From Spirochaetia bacterium (GTDB lineage: Bacteria > Spirochaetota > Spirochaetia > G963692905), in assembly GCA_965220165.1 (NCBI GenBank), contig CBDCPJ010000051.1, positions 26,105-90,104 on the forward strand: a stretch of 64,000 nucleotides of DNA. Reading direction: 5' to 3'. The translations under genes were made by a program, and so were the position numbers. The notes beneath the pieces are model-generated. The model had not been told where the DNA came from. It did not search any database and saw nothing but the letters and a program-made list of their open reading frames with translations. Positions within the stretch are counted from its first letter, which is position 1. Every line of letters begins with the position of its first letter. Of this stretch, positions 19,180 through 28,727 are shown piece after piece.

Positions 19180-20208
19180 CTATGCCCGCGGCGCCTCTTT
19201 CGCGGCCGAAAGCGCCACCGGCCGCCCCGTCGCGATCGACCGATAGGCCGCGTCCACAACACGACAAGCCGCGAGCCCATCGTACCCGTCGACACGCAAC
19301 GACGCGTCGTCGCGAACGGCGTCAATAAAGTGGTCGATCATCGCTTGGTCGGCGTCGCTCCCCCACGCTTCCCATAAAAGATGCGAATCCTCTAATCCAT
19401 AGACGGCAAGATTTTGGGCAAACGCGTCAACATCGATAATTCCCCGCTCGCCCACAAACGTCATCGCGAGGCCGCCCCAGCTAGGATAGCGATGCGGCCT
19501 GCTCCAACTGCAATCAATCGACGCGTATAGACCATCGGCAAAACGCAACACCACAAGGCCGCCTGTTTCCACCGGGCTTTCGTCGCTATGGATAACGCGA
19601 TTGGCCTGCGCGTAGATTTCGATAGGATCGGCGCCGACAATCGCCCGTATAATATCGGCAAGGTGAACGGTATGATCGATAACCGCCCCGCCTCCCGATA
19701 GCGCGCTGTCGACAAACCAAACACCATGTTTTTTTGGCAACTGCCCTTGATTAACGCCGACAATGCAACGAAGCTCGCCTATTTTGCCACCTTGCAGCTC
19801 GTTTCTCGCCGATAGGATATGCCGGTTAAAACGCATGGGGAATGCGGTCATTAGCTTAACATTGGCCTTGTCGCAAAAATCCGCCATCTCTCTGGCGTCG
19901 TCGGCCGTTACGGCAAGAGGCTTTTCGCACAGAATATGGGCTCCTCGGCGCGACGCGGCAACGACAAGCTCTTTATGACGAATGTTTTCGGAACAAATAA
20001 TCACCGCGTCAAGGCGTTCGTCCAACAACTGTTCGGTTTCCACAAAGCGGCGCATATCATAGCGATGGGTAAATGGATAGCAGTCGCTCCCATCCATAAC
20101 CGCGCGCTCGGTCGCCCCGATAATCTCCACATCATTCCGCCGGCGCAACGCGCTCATATAGGCATGGGCGTGGGGATGGGCTACGCCAAGAAATCCGACG
20201 CGAATCAT
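19180..20208 (-). CDS. Gfo/Idh/MocA family oxidoreductase
   Basis: GFLGVAH, LCEKPLA, SGGGAVIDHTVH. Confidence 0.92.
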   Translation of the reverse strand: MIRVGFLGVAHPHAHAYMSALRRRNDVEIIGATERAVMDGSDCYPFTHRYDMRRFVETEQLLDERLDAVIICSENIRHKELVVAASRRGAHILCEKPLAVTADDAREMADFCDKANVKLMTAFPMRFNRHILSARNELQGGKIGELRCIVGVNQGQLPKKHGVWFVDSALSGGGAVIDHTVHLADIIRAIVGADPIEIYAQANRVIHSDESPVETGGLVVLRFADGLYASIDCSWSRPHRYPSWGGLAMTFVGERGIIDVDAFAQNLAVYGLEDSHLLWEAWGSDADQAMIDHFIDAVRDDASLRVDGYDGLAACRVVDAAYRSIATGRPVALSAAKEAPRA

Positions 20209-20215
20209 CCCGCGC

Positions 20216-21262
20216 CTACGCCTCTCCGCCCGCGGCGCTATTGCGGGACAACGCTATAGGCAAACCCTGTTGACTGGACAGTTCAGCAGCCTCGGCAATC
20301 CGCGTCGCCTGCAATGCGTCATCGGCAGAGACGGGAAACGGCGCCCCATCGACGATAGACGCATAGCAAGCGGCAATCTCTCGATGGTAGGGATTATCAT
20401 CGACATCGACGATAGCGGGGCTCGGCACATCATGCGGTTGCCGATTGTCCGCCGATTGATTGTCTAATTCGGAAGGCTGCCGATCAAGCGACATCTCAAT
20501 CGGCGGTCGACTATCGGAAGAGCTTACGATCACCCCTCGCTGGCAGGCAATCTCAAACGAAGCGCGAAAAACGCCCTTTGGATACGCCCACGACCCCTCG
20601 ATATGCGACAACGCCCCGTCCGCATGGGTCACAATAGCGCAGGCATGATCCGCCGGACGATTAGAGAGATGAACGCAGTAGACTTGAGTCGCCTCGCCCG
20701 CGACCCATCGCGCATAATCGAAATCGTGAATCATCATATCAAAAATGACTCCGCCAGAGCGACGGCAATTGGCAAACCAGTTTCCATTGAGGCCGGTCGG
20801 CATATAGGCGAGTCGCCGCAGGCGGATCACTCCGGGCAGCCCCAGCTCCCCGCTCGCAACCCGTTGCCGCGCGGCGCGATATTCAGAAAAGAATCGCAAC
20901 GTATGCCCCACAAACAGCTGAACGCCATATACGCGACACGCGTCGATGATCTTCATCGCCTCTTTCGAGCTTCGCCCAAGGGGCTTTTCGCACAGCACCG
21001 TTCGGCGAGCGCTCGCAGCTTCGACGGCAATTGCGCAGTGGGTATCGGTTGGAGAGCATATATCGACCACATCAACCCGATCGATAAGTTTGCCAAGCGA
21101 ATCGCAAGCCACCGCGCCACAGCGAAGCGCAATCTCCGCGCAACGGTCATGGCTCGGCGCATAGAACGCGGCGATGGTTGCGGGAGTCGCCTTCCACGCG
21201 TCGGCATGCATCGCGCCCATAGCCCCGCATCCAACAATCCCGACGCGAAGAGGCGCGCGCAC
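20216..21262 (-). CDS. Gfo/Idh/MocA family oxidoreductase
   Basis: GIVGCGAMG, LCEKPL, SGGVIFDMMIHD. GTG start at 21262 overlaps the permease stop. Confidence 0.9.
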   Translation of the reverse strand: MRAPLRVGIVGCGAMGAMHADAWKATPATIAAFYAPSHDRCAEIALRCGAVACDSLGKLIDRVDVVDICSPTDTHCAIAVEAASARRTVLCEKPLGRSSKEAMKIIDACRVYGVQLFVGHTLRFFSEYRAARQRVASGELGLPGVIRLRRLAYMPTGLNGNWFANCRRSGGVIFDMMIHDFDYARWVAGEATQVYCVHLSNRPADHACAIVTHADGALSHIEGSWAYPKGVFRASFEIACQRGVIVSSSDSRPPIEMSLDRQPSELDNQSADNRQPHDVPSPAIVDVDDNPYHREIAACYASIVDGAPFPVSADDALQATRIAEAAELSSQQGLPIALSRNSAAGGEA

Positions 21263-22119
21263 TACTCTTTGACCGCTCCGGCAGTCAGTCCGTTGACCAA
21301 GTGACGAGAAAAAATGATGTAGATCACCACAGCGGGAATCATCGCAAGAGAAAGCGATGCCAAAACCGCGTTCCAATCCGACACAAATTGCCCCAAAAAC
21401 TGCTGCGCGCCGAGTATAATCGTTCGAGTGCTATCGCTTGTTGTAAAAATGAGCGGAAACCAGAGATCATTCCAAATCGGCACCATAGTAAAAATGGAAA
21501 CGGTAGCCAAAACGGGATGTATCATCGGCAAAATAAGCCCAAAGACTCGATATTCGCTGGCGCCGTCGAGACGCCCCGCCTCCTTCAGCGATCGCGGTAT
21601 CTGAGAGATAAATTGTTGAAGAATAAAAATGGTAAGCGGAAGACCCTGAGCCACATAGACAAGAATAAGCGCGAGGAGATTATCGACCAACCCGATAGAG
21701 ACAAACATCCTCAGCAGGCTCACCGTGCCAAGCCGGATGGGAATCATAATGCCCAAGGCAAGATAGAGCCCCAGCCATCGATTGCCGCGAAAGCGGTATT
21801 CGCTCAACGCCCACGCCGCCATCGCCCCCATAAGAATGATACATCCTATAGAGACTAACGTAACAACCAGGCTATTGACAAAATAGCGCGGAAAATTGGA
21901 GCGCGCGAACACGGTTATAAACCCTTGCAACGAAAAGGTCTCGGCGGTGGGAAGCGCGAGGGGGTTGTTAAATATGGCGGATCGCGATTTGAACGAGTTG
22001 ATAAGAATAAGCACTATAGGAAATAGCGCGAGAATCGCAAACAGAACCATAACAAGTCGCGCCGCAAGCCGACGCGGAACCAACTCGAAAAGCACCTTTT
22101 GCTTGATCGCGACGCTCAA
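21262..22119 (-). CDS. Carbohydrate ABC transporter permease
   Basis: EAA loop (EAGRLDGAS) and multiple transmembrane segments. Confidence 0.93.
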   Translation of the reverse strand: MSVAIKQKVLFELVPRRLAARLVMVLFAILALFPIVLILINSFKSRSAIFNNPLALPTAETFSLQGFITVFARSNFPRYFVNSLVVTLVSIGCIILMGAMAAWALSEYRFRGNRWLGLYLALGIMIPIRLGTVSLLRMFVSIGLVDNLLALILVYVAQGLPLTIFILQQFISQIPRSLKEAGRLDGASEYRVFGLILPMIHPVLATVSIFTMVPIWNDLWFPLIFTTSDSTRTIILGAQQFLGQFVSDWNAVLASLSLAMIPAVVIYIIFSRHLVNGLTAGAVKE

Positions 22120-22126
22120 CGAGACT

Positions 22127-23035
22127 TTAGAACTCGTAGGTCTTCACCCTCCGTCTCCAGATAAGATAGATAAACACGCCGGTCAATATGACGCCAAGCA
22201 TTACGGTGGCTATCGCCGCGCCCATTGATGGATTGCCAAGTTGCAGTTGCTGCCCAAAAAAGGTGCGATAAAAAAATGTCCCTAGAATATCGGTAGAGAA
22301 ACTTGGCCCGGCAAGCACACCCTGCGTTGTATAAATAAGATCGAACGCGTTAAAATTGCCAATAAATGTAAGCATCGTAACAATTCCCGCAACCGGAACA
22401 ATCAGCGGAAATTTGATCGACCAGAATATCCTCCACCCCCCGGCTCCATCGACGCGCGCCGCCTGCAAGAGATCCTCCGGAATGCCTATTAACGCGGTAT
22501 AGAATAGCATCATAGGGATGCCGGTAAACTGCCACACCGAAATGAGCGATAGCGCCGGCAACGCCGTTTGCTCCAGCCCCAACCAGGGCTGAAAAAGGTC
22601 GGCCAGCCCCACAGACGCAAGCATTCCTTCGGCGACGCCCCATAACGGGCTCAAAATAAGCCGCCAAATAAAACCGATAATTACAATAGAAAGTATCGTC
22701 GGCATAAAAAAAATGGTGCGATATAAAGCATGCTCGCGGGTGCGACGCGATGCCAAGAGCGACGCAAGCAGAAGTCCGACGGGGTTCTGCACCACGCAAT
22801 GAATGGCAAAGAAAATAAGGTTATTGCGAAACGCCCCCCAAAGCTGGGTAGACCAAAATTGTTCGCCAAACAATCGCCGAAAATTATCAAATCCCGCGAA
22901 CACCGCGGCTCCACCAAACCCTTCCACCGTATACAAACTAAGCCGCAATGAATTAAACAGCGGAAAAATAAGAACCAACGAGTAGATAAGAACAGCAGGA
23001 AAGAGAAAGACCCCAATATAGACGCGCACCCTCAT
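22127..23035 (-). CDS. Carbohydrate ABC transporter permease
   Basis: EAA loop (QAARVDGAG), FAGFDNF. Start taken at ATG 23035. Confidence 0.92.
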   Translation of the reverse strand: MRVRVYIGVFLFPAVLIYSLVLIFPLFNSLRLSLYTVEGFGGAAVFAGFDNFRRLFGEQFWSTQLWGAFRNNLIFFAIHCVVQNPVGLLLASLLASRRTREHALYRTIFFMPTILSIVIIGFIWRLILSPLWGVAEGMLASVGLADLFQPWLGLEQTALPALSLISVWQFTGIPMMLFYTALIGIPEDLLQAARVDGAGGWRIFWSIKFPLIVPVAGIVTMLTFIGNFNAFDLIYTTQGVLAGPSFSTDILGTFFYRTFFGQQLQLGNPSMGAAIATVMLGVILTGVFIYLIWRRRVKTYEF

Positions 23036-23081
23036 GTTCACACTATATCGCAAATCGCAACAGGCGACAAGAATATTTTTT

Positions 23082-23235
23082 GGGAGGGGGAAGTCTCCCC
23101 CCTGCTTCCAGACCGACCGCGATTCTCGCCATTCGGTAAACCTCATAGCGAGAATCGCGTTCGGTCTTCCAGCACCCCCCTCAGCGGGCGCCGCCCCCTA
23201 TATCCACAGCGCCCCGTCGCGGCCCGCAACGCCCG
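23082..23235 (+). repeat. GC-rich dispersed intergenic repeat, family A
   Basis: Motifs shared with 5723-5932 (inverted) and 34762-34900. Confidence 0.75.
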
Positions 23236-23267
23236 ATCGCCCCAGTCAAGATACGGCGCAACCGCGT

Positions 23268-24794
23268 TTAGCCAGCGTGCTTTCGCTCTAATTCGGCATA
23301 TCGCTCCAGCAGCGTACGGTATATGTCGGCAAGACCACCATCCGGCTCGACCTCGCTCCCATCCTCTCTCCGTACCACATGCGCGATAATATCGCCGTAA
23401 TCTCCATCGCACAGCACCCGCGCGCCGCTTATGGCCCCGCCCTGCGGCGGCGCGGTGTCGGCCCCTTTAACGCGATAGACCGTCTGCCCAAACGCGTCGG
23501 CGATAAAGCGGCGCAACACGGGATTAAGCGACGCCCCGCCAACCAGCGCTATTGCATTTCGCAGATCCAGATGCGCGGCATGCAGGCGCAGGGACAGCGC
23601 CTGAGAGAGATGCAACGCCCGAATATTTGCGGCGGGGTTTTCGGCGTCCAACCCATCTCGGACAATGCCGGCAGAAGCCTGCGGATTCGATTCGTTTATT
23701 AGATACGGAAGCATAAGCGGCTCATCGGCAGAGACCGCTCGTTCGCCCGCCATAGCGAAATACTTCGCCCAATCGTCGCCGGACGCGTAATTGCTTCGAA
23801 AATGGTCATGGAGCTTTCCTCCATTGGTAATAACGCTTATCGCATTGGTCTGCGCGCCGATAAATCCAAAAAGATTGCGATTTTCGTCTGGTTCCGGAGT
23901 CGCCATCGCCCCGTTTATCGTGTAACTGCTTCCCAGCGAAATAACCGACTTGCCCCCAGCCCCCAATAGCGCCGCGGCATTATCGCCCGATCCGCAGAGC
24001 ACAACCGTTCCGGGCATAAACCCATATGTTTTGGTAAAATATCCGTGCAACTCGCCCGCGATGGTATCGTAGGAGACCATCTCGCCGAGCTTGTCGAACA
24101 GGCGCGCCTCTGAAGCGTAGGCCTCGAGGAGCTCGTCGACAACATTGAGCGCGGCGTCGCTCCAATTCGGCGCGGTTATATCGCAGGTGTTAAGATTGGT
24201 GCCCCATCCATCGCTTGTGTCAACCGCAACCAGCGAACCCACAAGCAACGAAGTCAAAAATGCGCTCAGAAGCATAATATGCGAGGTGTATTGGTAGGCG
24301 TCGGGATTCGCCATCGCCCATTGGATGATCTGCGCGGCGGTAAAACGAAGCTCAACGCTGTTGCCGGTTAGCGCAAGCGCCCCGCCCAACGGCCCCATAG
24401 CCTGTTCCAATATCTTCGCCGCCTCAACTGAGCTACGGTCCTCCCAAACGGGGACGCTCGCGCGAGACCAACATGACCCAAACTGCTCCACAAGCGACCG
24501 AGAGGCGTTCATATCCCGCAATTTCTTAGCAAATCGTCGTTTACAGTAGACCGCGCAATGTTGCTGCGCGTCTATTTTGATCGCGCCGATCGTCGATAGA
24601 TCGATCTCGGTATCATAGGCAATGCGCTCAAAAATATGATCGAGCGCCTCAATCTGAAGATTTACGCTGGTATGACGAATGGCGGGATCGGCATGCGGCA
24701 AAACCCCTCCAACCGTTCGATAGCGAGAAAATGTCCGATCAAAATCAAAATGAATAGTCTTGCTAATCGTCGCCAGTATCAATATCAATGACAA
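23268..24794 (-). CDS. xylB: FGGY-family sugar kinase, probable xylulokinase
   Basis: QQH, WED, RFTAAQI, GSGDNAA, SLGSS, GGAS motifs; adjacent to xylA. Confidence 0.75.
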   Translation of the reverse strand: MSLILILATISKTIHFDFDRTFSRYRTVGGVLPHADPAIRHTSVNLQIEALDHIFERIAYDTEIDLSTIGAIKIDAQQHCAVYCKRRFAKKLRDMNASRSLVEQFGSCWSRASVPVWEDRSSVEAAKILEQAMGPLGGALALTGNSVELRFTAAQIIQWAMANPDAYQYTSHIMLLSAFLTSLLVGSLVAVDTSDGWGTNLNTCDITAPNWSDAALNVVDELLEAYASEARLFDKLGEMVSYDTIAGELHGYFTKTYGFMPGTVVLCGSGDNAAALLGAGGKSVISLGSSYTINGAMATPEPDENRNLFGFIGAQTNAISVITNGGKLHDHFRSNYASGDDWAKYFAMAGERAVSADEPLMLPYLINESNPQASAGIVRDGLDAENPAANIRALHLSQALSLRLHAAHLDLRNAIALVGGASLNPVLRRFIADAFGQTVYRVKGADTAPPQGGAISGARVLCDGDYGDIIAHVVRREDGSEVEPDGGLADIYRTLLERYAELERKHAG

Positions 24795-24861
24795 CCGCCT
24801 TTACCGATTGCGTGCTAAATTCTATGCCTAAACTTTGTCGCATATAGGAGGCCGACCGCAA

Positions 24862-26181
24862 TTAAATGTAGCGATTGACAATCGACTCTAACCATTCTCT
24901 ACGACCGGAACGGTTAACGATAGTCTGCTGTTCAAGGGCGTATCGCTCCAATTCAACAAATCCGACTTCATCGGTAGCTATTTTGCGGCCGATACCGCTA
25001 CGATAGCTTTCGTAACGATCGGCGACAAAATCCTCAAGCTCGCCGCTATTAAGCAAATTATAAGCTATCTTCAAGGCCCGGGCGCAGGTATCCATAGAAG
25101 CGATGTGAGCGATAAATAAATCATCGGGCTCAAAGGAGGCTCGGCGCAATTTCGCGTCGAAATTGAACCCTCCGGGAGCTATCCCTCCATTTTTAAGCAC
25201 CTCGTACATCATAAAGATCGCCTCGTAGAGATTGGTATTCATCTGGTCGGTGTCCCATCCCAAAAGATAGTCTCCCATATTAACATCAAGACTGCCCAAC
25301 ACATCGTTGATTCGGGCGGTCTGTATTTCGTGCTGATATGAATGTTGCGCGAGAATAGCATGATTTTGCTCTAAGTTGAGTTTAAAATGACCTAGCAAAT
25401 GATATTGTCGGAGGAACCCAATAACTGTGGCCGCGTCAAAGTCATATTGATGCGTGGTGGGCTCTTTGGGTTTTGGTTCAATTAAAAGCTGTCCGGGAAA
25501 ATGAAGCTCGTCTTCGGCATACTGCGACGCCATTCTCAGAAATCGCGCGAGATTGTCTAGCTCAAGACGCATATCTACGTTGAGCAACGTATCGTATCCC
25601 TCTCGTCCGCCCCAAAACACATAGTTTTTTCCTTCCAATCGAGCCGTAATTTCCATCGCCTTTTTCACCTGCGCCGCCGCGTAGGCAAAAACATCGGCGT
25701 TACAAGAGGTCGCGGCTCCATGCATATATCGCGGATGATCGAATAGACAGGCGGTTCCCCAAAGCAATCGGACTCCGCTCTTTTGCATAAGCCCCGCTAC
25801 TATCTCCGCAATTTCATCTAAATTGTTATTGGTTTCTTGCAACGTATCCGCTTCCGGAGCTATATCTCGATCGTGGAAGCAAAAATACCCAACGCCGAGT
25901 TTTTCGACAACCTCAAAAAACGCCTCGGCTCGCATCCGCGCCATCTCCATCGGAGAATGTTGCCCATTGTCCCATGGGCGAGCGGCGGTAGCCGATCCAA
26001 ACATATCGACGCCCGCGCCGCGCATCGTGTGCCAAAATGCCAGCGAAAACGGCAAATGCTCTCGCATAGTCTTATCGCCTACCCGCTCATCAGGGCGATA
26101 ATGTTTAAACGCCAGCGGATTGCGAGACGATGGGCCTTCGTATGGGATAACCGGAATATCGGGGAAAAAGCGATTCATCAT
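24862..26181 (-). CDS. xylA: Xylose isomerase (class II)
   Basis: FWHT, CFHDRD, WGGREGY, IEPKPKEP, HQYDFD, GWDTD, NFDAK. Confidence 0.97.
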   Translation of the reverse strand: MMNRFFPDIPVIPYEGPSSRNPLAFKHYRPDERVGDKTMREHLPFSLAFWHTMRGAGVDMFGSATAARPWDNGQHSPMEMARMRAEAFFEVVEKLGVGYFCFHDRDIAPEADTLQETNNNLDEIAEIVAGLMQKSGVRLLWGTACLFDHPRYMHGAATSCNADVFAYAAAQVKKAMEITARLEGKNYVFWGGREGYDTLLNVDMRLELDNLARFLRMASQYAEDELHFPGQLLIEPKPKEPTTHQYDFDAATVIGFLRQYHLLGHFKLNLEQNHAILAQHSYQHEIQTARINDVLGSLDVNMGDYLLGWDTDQMNTNLYEAIFMMYEVLKNGGIAPGGFNFDAKLRRASFEPDDLFIAHIASMDTCARALKIAYNLLNSGELEDFVADRYESYRSGIGRKIATDEVGFVELERYALEQQTIVNRSGRREWLESIVNRYI

Positions 26182-26205
26182 AGACTAGGTATCTCTTTTT
26201 ACGCG

Positions 26206-26529
26206 CTACCGCAACGAAACGGCGGTGCCCGATATAGAAACCATAAGCATATTGTTTCCATCGCTTCCAATTGTCTCGTAGTCGAGATCGACACCGACAA
26301 TTGCGTCCGCGCCGAGCGTTTTCGCCCGTTCCTTTATTTCGCTGAGCGCTATTTCACGAGCGTTTTCTAGCTCTTTTTCGTAGGCTTTCGATCTTCCGCC
26401 GACAATATTGCGAATGCCCGCCATTATATCTTTGAATACATTGACTCCCATAATGGCCTCGCCCGTAACAAGACCAAGGTAGCTTGAAATATCTCTGCCC
26501 TCTATAGAAAGCGTTGTCGTCACAATCAT
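26206..26529 (-). CDS. YbjQ/UPF0145 family protein
   Basis: [28 protein letters not shown]. Confidence 0.92.
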   Translation of the reverse strand: MIVTTTLSIEGRDISSYLGLVTGEAIMGVNVFKDIMAGIRNIVGGRSKAYEKELENAREIALSEIKERAKTLGADAIVGVDLDYETIGSDGNNMLMVSISGTAVSLR

Positions 26530-26706
26530 TACAATCCTCCTCCCTTTATAATCCTAACTACAGCGATTATCGCATAAATGCGATTGGAATGTCAATATAT
26601 GCTCGCCATAGTCATATGAGCCCATAGTCGATCGAAAATCGGCAGATCGTTCAACGCAATAGATTGCGTCTCGATAAAATAGTCTCTTGTGTTTTTATTC
26701 TATCTA

Positions 26707-26736
26707 TTGACAGAGCAACGATAGAATTGCTATTAT
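26707..26736 (+). promoter_or_regulatory. Sigma70-type promoter for tRNA-Glu
   Basis: TTGACA-18 bp-TATTAT with extended TG. Confidence 0.65.
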
Positions 26737-26762
26737 CGGTAGTCTAAAAATATGCTTTCTCT

Positions 26763-26834
26763 GTCCCCTTCGTCTAACGGTTAGGACACTGGGTTTTCAA
26801 CCCAGCAATGGGGGTTCAATTCCCCCAGGGGATG
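26763..26834 (+). tRNA. tRNA-Glu (anticodon TTC), CCA not encoded
   Basis: Acceptor stem GTCCCCT/AGGGGAT, anticodon arm CTGGG-TTTTCAA-CCCAG, T arm GGGGG-TTCAATT-CCCCC. Confidence 0.96.
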
Positions 26835-26835
26835 T

Positions 26836-28008
26836 ATGCATTGCGAAGGTAAAACGCCTTCGAGCCAAATTCGTCAATTGGTTAGGCTAGCTCTATTTTC
26901 CATCGTCGTATCATTTGCATCAATAGGATGCGTATCGGTGCAACCAGAGCAGCTGGCTACCGAATATTACCGCATAGGCTCGGCGTTCTATGAACTCGAA
27001 CGATATTCCGAGGCTCTTGAATATTACGCCCTCGCCCTGGAATTCGACCCACAATTAAACCATGCCGAATACAATATTATCCGCACAAAAATAGAAAATG
27101 GCGCCGCCGATGAGGCGATTAACACGTTGACCGAACTTCTCGAAGAAACTCCCGAAAACGTCGAACTATTAGAAACCCTCGCCTACGCCTATTACAGGAT
27201 TGATCGCTTTGACAGCGCGCTAGAGATATATCGACGCGTATTGGATATTTCCGAGTATCGATTTAACGCGCTCTATAACAGCATGCTTATTTCCGATCAA
27301 ATGGGCGACGACGACGACGCATTGTCGTTTGCCGAACGGGCGTACTTGGTAGACGACGACAATCTTAATGTTACATACATCTACGCCGACCTTCTCTACA
27401 AGCAAGAAGAAGACCAAGAGCAAGCTCTAAGGCTATTTGATAAGGCGTTGCAAAATAATTCGTTATCTACAGAACGCCGCAAATATATCGCTGGTCTTTA
27501 CGAGGAACAGGAGCTCTATATTGACGCCCTCGACCTCTACAGCGAACTGGCGCAAAGCACCACCGACGACGGCGAGATCCTCTTTTCTCGGGCCAAAATA
27601 CTTCTAACATATGCCGGAGAGCCCGCCGAGGGGCTTGCCCAACTTGATGACGCCCTTAAACTAGGATTTAACGATATGGACGCTATTAACAATCTCCTCG
27701 ATACCGATTTATTGCTCGAACGCGATCGAGTCGTCGATCTATTGACGGCATACAACATTTCTGTCGCATCAGAAGAGAGCTCCGCAGACACAGACGCCGA
27801 GACGCAACCGGCAGACGCCCCAATCGATGACGGCGATCCGGCCGATGGCGATCCTATCCCCGCGCTGGATCTTTTCGACCAGGTCCGCCAACAGCAACAA
27901 CCCGACGAAGCCAATATTCCCGACGAAAACACTCCGTCCGACCAAGCCGCCCCAGAATCTCCGCAACAGCCCGACGATGGCAGTCCCGCAGAGAGCAACG
28001 ACGGGTAG
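26836..28008 (+). CDS. TPR-repeat lipoprotein with acidic disordered tail
   Basis: Lipobox-like SIGC, repeated TPR patterns, D/P/Q-rich C-terminus. Confidence 0.85.
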   Translation: MHCEGKTPSSQIRQLVRLALFSIVVSFASIGCVSVQPEQLATEYYRIGSAFYELERYSEALEYYALALEFDPQLNHAEYNIIRTKIENGAADEAINTLTELLEETPENVELLETLAYAYYRIDRFDSALEIYRRVLDISEYRFNALYNSMLISDQMGDDDDALSFAERAYLVDDDNLNVTYIYADLLYKQEEDQEQALRLFDKALQNNSLSTERRKYIAGLYEEQELYIDALDLYSELAQSTTDDGEILFSRAKILLTYAGEPAEGLAQLDDALKLGFNDMDAINNLLDTDLLLERDRVVDLLTAYNISVASEESSADTDAETQPADAPIDDGDPADGDPIPALDLFDQVRQQQQPDEANIPDENTPSDQAAPESPQQPDDGSPAESNDG

Positions 28009-28639
28009 CGACACGCGGCAAGAGCCCCCTCGGCTTATCACGCTCTTCGGGCTCAAGCATAGCGGCAAGACCAGCGTTGCCCAGCGAGTTAGCGAAGCGA
28101 CCGGCTGGCCGTGGGACGATCTGGACAGGCTGACGCTACTCCACGCCCAGAAACAGTCGCTCGCGCGGCCAAACACATTGCCAAATGCCGCCCCTTTCTC
28201 CACTATTCGACAGCTCTGGAGCGTCGTAGACCCGCGCCATTTCCGCGCGATAGAGGCATCCGCCTTGCGACAATCGCTCGCCCAAACACCGCCCAGCCCC
28301 GCGACGCCGGCGCGCCTGTTATCGCTGGGCGGCGGGATAATTGACAATCGACCCGCTATGCATATGTTGCGCCACTCGCCCCGCTGTTCGCTTATCTATC
28401 TGCGCGCCCCCGCCGATATGCTCTACAAACGCATAATCGCCAGAGGGATACCGCCATTTCTGCGCGATAGCGCCATCCCAGAACGTTCTCCGCAGGAAAT
28501 CTGGAGCGTCCTCGCCGCCCGCCGAAGCGCGCAGTGCCAAAAATATGCGCAGTATACGATCGATGTCGCCGATCGCGCGATAGACGAAATCGCCGCGATG
28601 GTAATAGCGTTTTTCAAAAAATCGACGCCGCGACAATAA
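27977..28639 (+). CDS. aroK: Shikimate kinase-like protein
   Basis: GLKHSGKT P-loop, DLD, FRAIE, SLGGG. Start uncertain. Confidence 0.75.
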   Translation: MAVPQRATTGSDTRQEPPRLITLFGLKHSGKTSVAQRVSEATGWPWDDLDRLTLLHAQKQSLARPNTLPNAAPFSTIRQLWSVVDPRHFRAIEASALRQSLAQTPPSPATPARLLSLGGGIIDNRPAMHMLRHSPRCSLIYLRAPADMLYKRIIARGIPPFLRDSAIPERSPQEIWSVLAARRSAQCQKYAQYTIDVADRAIDEIAAMVIAFFKKSTPRQ

Positions 28640-28727
28640 CAGATTGATATTGACAAGATGGTAACGATTGCCAATGATTAGATCGTCTATCGTATTATGA
28701 AAAAATTGGTATCTCGACAATAACGCT

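Noticed and set aside
26763-26834. tRNA-Glu as an integration site for an island or prophage
   Set aside because: No integrase and no duplicated tRNA 3' end noticed; flanking genes are housekeeping.
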